Assembly: GCA_027923505.1 (NCBI GenBank)
Contig: BROI01000023.1
Coordinates: 372,001-436,000 of the forward strand
Length of the DNA stretch: 64,000 bases
DNA from: Mayamaea pseudoterrestris
Lineage: Eukaryota
Direction: 5' to 3'
The notes under the pieces are model-generated. The model was not told the DNA's origin. It was given only the letters and a program-made list of their open reading frames with translations, and did not search any database. The position numbers were made by a program, and so were the translations under genes. This document shows, one piece after another, positions 60,660 through 64,000 of this stretch (positions within the stretch are counted from its first letter, which is position 1; the number at the start of each line of letters is the position of its first letter).

Positions 60660-63600
60660 TGCAGGATGCGAACGAAAACAGCGAAAATCGGGCAAGTCAC
60701 ACCGAATGTCCGATAGGGTGACACAGCGGCACTCGCGGCTCACCACAGCCTCACGATCGCGTGATGCGTGGCAGCGACGGCTTCGAAGCGATTCAACGAG
60801 CATATTGCTGAAACTAGTGCGATATAGAGTAGAAACAAGCAGACTTACTAAGCTTGAAGAGTTAAGAAAGCGATTTATTCGTCTCTCGTATTGTAGCAAC
60901 TGCAAGCTTGGATTGGCCATCCAAGGACAGCTACAAGCGAAAGGTGCAACGATTTGATTTACAAGTTACAAGATTAACACTGTCTTGAGACTCATTGCCT
61001 CGGCATAGAGACTTTATCGACGAAGAGTACTATTGATTTACGAAGTAACGTGGACGCACGTTGGTTCTTGGCCCGGAAAGTTCCGCAGGTGATAGCAAGA
61101 ACATTGTCACGACGACAACGATGGCGGAAACTCGCGCGCAGAAAGACGCGGCGTTTGCGCATGTTTACGAAGAGAACGTAGGCGTTTTCCAAGATCCTCA
61201 GTTCAAGGAGTTATTCGACGAACTCGGAGTAGAATCGCTTACGCAATTGATCGAGATGGAGTACGACGATTTCGCGACGAAGTGGAACGTCACGACGACG
61301 ACAACGACGACGACTGACGATGGCGACAATGTCACGCAGGAAACGAGCGAACACTCGCTAACGAAGATGAAACAACGCACGATCACGAACGCGATCGAAT
61401 GGTATTTGGCGCAAGAGTCGCCGGACATCAAGACATGGTCGCAACTGACCACCGAAACGCTGGCGACGTTCGTCACAGCACGAGCGAAGGAACGAGTCCA
61501 AGCGCGCAACATTGCGAGCGTGGGCAGCGGAAGCGGAGCGAAACCTCCAGCGAAGGAAAGCGAAACGGAATCCAAGAAGGACGAATCCAAGGACTCCACG
61601 CTAACGAACGAAGGCGACGAGTCGAAGCCCGACTCGGCCGACAAGGTGCCACCGACGAGCGTGGACGTGGACACGAAGCAGTCACCGACATCCGTACTGG
61701 ACCTCGGCGACGACGAAGACGACGAGAAGTATTCAGACCAATTTACGAAGTCTATCAAGTTCTCGGCGAAGGATTGTAAAGAAATGAAGCTGGATTCCTC
61801 GTGGAAACAGTGGATTTCCGAGTTGAAAGTCATCGCTACATTGCACGACTTCCACGAAGTCTTTGACGACGATTATGACCCGAAGGAAAAGGGACCGAAG
61901 GAACAGAAGGCGTATGCAAAGAAGAATGTGTTTGTATACAGAATCTTTCTCACGCACTGTCGAACTCCGTCTGCATCACTCGCAGTACAGCAGTTCAAGA
62001 AGACGATGGACGGACGCGAAGTCTACCAACGATTGCGAACGCGATACGAAGAAGGCGCTACTGCTCACATCGAGAAGGAACGCGCGCGAACGGAACTGCA
62101 GGGAATGCGGCTGACCGAGAAGTGGTCACGGCCGACGATCGAATTTCTCGCACTGTTCTACAAGAAAGTCATCTGGCTGCTCGAAATGGACGCAGAAGCT
62201 CTGACAGGTTTACAACGATACGACATGCTACGCGACGCTTTCTCCGAGCACACTGGATTCAGCGCCTCGCTAGCAGGTTTTGACGGAATGATTGCCATCA
62301 AGAAACACATGGGGCAACACGACTCGGAAGACAATTTCGCGCAGTTGTACGCGCACTTAGAAGAGTGCTGCATCAAGTATGACAAGAAACACCCATCGAC
62401 GACGAAGACTAAGCGCACAATCAATCAAGCGCAGTCTAGTGGAACGAAAGGAGGCGGCGGCGGCAATGGCGGCGCGACTCCAAGCGGCTTATCGGCGGAA
62501 CGATTTGCAGCGATCATGAAGAAACCTCACGCGAGCGTGAAGGATGAAGTCTGGTTGGAGATGAAGTTTGATCAGCGAAAGCAGTTGAAGGACAAGCGTG
62601 CGACGGCGCCCAAGACACCCGAAAACGGATGGCGACCGCGCAACCAACGAGGCACGGCTACGACGCAGACGCAAGTCAACGCGGCGCATCAAGAGCGTCA
62701 CGCGACGGAATCTGTAGCGAACGATCACGCAAGCGTTCCTGGCACGATTAATATTCAGCCCGGCAATAGTGGAATGTCAGTCCAAACGGCTGCACGATCG
62801 GTTCTGCAAGCGAACAATGCGAGTACTACAACTCAGCAAGTGACAGGATCGTTGACGACTGATAACACCGGACGAGGTACATTCAGCTTCAACATGCATC
62901 GTCGTATGCGCGTCAATCGCGCACACTACGAGCGGATCAACGAAGGCGCGCTCATCGACAGCGGCGCGAACGGAGGCTTATGCGGAGGAGACATGCTCGT
63001 CGTTTCGGAAACGAACGCCGAGGTGGATGTGACTGGTATTGACGATCATATTGTCCCAGCTCTCAAGATTGGCACTGCAGCTGGACTGGCAAAGACCCTT
63101 AGTGGCGAAACCATTCTGCTTCTGTGTCACCAGTATGCTTTAAAGCGAGACGGACCGACGATTCATTGCCCGAATCAATTGCGCGCAATGGGACATCGCG
63201 TCGACGATATTCCGACCATGTTTGGCGGAACGCAACGAATTACGACGAACATTGGAGGCTACGTTTTGCCATTGGCGATTCGCGATGGCCTGGTGTACTT
63301 GGACGTGACGAAACCCACGTTCGATGATTTGGATAAGTATCCGACTGTCATCATGACGTCGGACGTGCCGTGGGACCCGACTGTTTACGATGTCGAGCAC
63401 GCGCACGACGATTTCGACGAACGAGATCACGATTATGGATCTTTCGACGAACGATTCGATGATGACGGTATCACGCACCGCAATCGTCACACGCCGACAC
63501 GCACTGGCGACGAACTTGACGTACTGATCAATCGGTGCGTGCGACACGCTCAGTTTTCACGCGTTAATTTGCGGAAGCTAAGAAGCAAGGAACCGGACTA

Positions 63601-64000
63601 TAATGCTCTTCGGCCGTACCTCGGATGGGTCCCGACTGAGCGAGTTCAACAGACTTTACGTCACACGGAAGCATGGTATCATCTCAGCGAACACCCGCGA
63701 TTACCATTTCGACACCTCACGAAATCACGATTTCCGGCCGCGAACGTTCAGCGGTTGCGCGAACTATTCGCCACGGACACGATACACTCTGACACGCCAG
63801 CTTTGGATGATGGAATTCTAGGGCATGGGGGAGCTACTAAGATGCAGCTCTTTGTTGGACGAGAAAGTTTTTACACGCGCGGCTACCCGATGAAGTCGGA
63901 GAGCGAAATGTCAAACGCGTTAGAGGATTTTATCCGCGAAGTGGGCGCTCCTAACGGACTGCTCAGCGACAATGCCAAGTCGGAGACTGGCAAGGCTGTG
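60660..64000 (+). mobile_element. Ty1/copia (CoDi-type) LTR retrotransposon 2, 5' part, apparently intact
   Basis: Satellite stops at ...GCAACTT|TGCAGGATG. Putative LTR 60660-60979 (TG...GATTAACA; end inferred, partner LTR outside the window), followed by a long gag-pol ORF. Confidence 0.9.
61121..64000 (+). CDS. CoDi-type gag-protease-integrase polyprotein (partial, 960 codons, runs off window)
   Basis: Absent from the ORF track because it has no stop. ATG 61121 MAETRAQ...; gag FTKSIK...WKQW...VFDDDYDP...KNVFVY; protease ALIDSGANGGLCGGD (~62948); GGTQRI...LPLAIRDGL...TSDVPWDP; integrase core FATDT...LEDFIREVGAPNGLLSDNAKSE; all in one frame. Confidence 0.93.
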   Translation, partial: MAETRAQKDAAFAHVYEENVGVFQDPQFKELFDELGVESLTQLIEMEYDDFATKWNVTTTTTTTTDDGDNVTQETSEHSLTKMKQRTITNAIEWYLAQESPDIKTWSQLTTETLATFVTARAKERVQARNIASVGSGSGAKPPAKESETESKKDESKDSTLTNEGDESKPDSADKVPPTSVDVDTKQSPTSVLDLGDDEDDEKYSDQFTKSIKFSAKDCKEMKLDSSWKQWISELKVIATLHDFHEVFDDDYDPKEKGPKEQKAYAKKNVFVYRIFLTHCRTPSASLAVQQFKKTMDGREVYQRLRTRYEEGATAHIEKERARTELQGMRLTEKWSRPTIEFLALFYKKVIWLLEMDAEALTGLQRYDMLRDAFSEHTGFSASLAGFDGMIAIKKHMGQHDSEDNFAQLYAHLEECCIKYDKKHPSTTKTKRTINQAQSSGTKGGGGGNGGATPSGLSAERFAAIMKKPHASVKDEVWLEMKFDQRKQLKDKRATAPKTPENGWRPRNQRGTATTQTQVNAAHQERHATESVANDHASVPGTINIQPGNSGMSVQTAARSVLQANNASTTTQQVTGSLTTDNTGRGTFSFNMHRRMRVNRAHYERINEGALIDSGANGGLCGGDMLVVSETNAEVDVTGIDDHIVPALKIGTAAGLAKTLSGETILLLCHQYALKRDGPTIHCPNQLRAMGHRVDDIPTMFGGTQRITTNIGGYVLPLAIRDGLVYLDVTKPTFDDLDKYPTVIMTSDVPWDPTVYDVEHAHDDFDERDHDYGSFDERFDDDGITHRNRHTPTRTGDELDVLINRCVRHAQFSRVNLRKLRSKEPDYNALRPYLGWVPTERVQQTLRHTEAWYHLSEHPRLPFRHLTKSRFPAANVQRLRELFATDTIHSDTPALDDGILGHGGATKMQLFVGRESFYTRGYPMKSESEMSNALEDFIREVGAPNGLLSDNAKSETGKAV

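Overview
Eukaryotic genomic DNA, most likely a pennate diatom (inferred from compact ~50% GC genes, 73-130 nt GT-AG introns and diatom-type CoDi Ty1/copia sequences). The left part (1-28.9 kb) holds about eight genes: two low-complexity hypotheticals, a carnitine acyltransferase, a SNAPC5-like small protein, a Man1/Src1-type inner nuclear membrane protein, a TPR-Aha1_N co-chaperone, an LtrA-like membrane protein and a BAZ/TIP5-like MBD-DDT-WHIM chromatin protein. Less than 300 bp after the last gene the sequence becomes a layered, CpG-depleted satellite domain: 168-bp SatA (~10 copies), 352-bp dimeric SatB (~25 copies) and 181-bp SatC (~67 copies, plus smaller blocks). The SatC monomer is an imperfect fold-back palindrome. 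Two different Ty1/copia elements lie inside SatC at almost the same monomer phase. The first is decayed, has an extra ORF upstream of gag, has its protease/integrase replaced by satellite, and sits at the point where the satellite flips orientation. The second has an uninterrupted CoDi gag-pol ORF running off the window. The best candidate for an undescribed system is a satellite-plus-retrotransposon (peri)centromere in a diatom. That function is inference, and several junctions look like low-quality assembly consensus.
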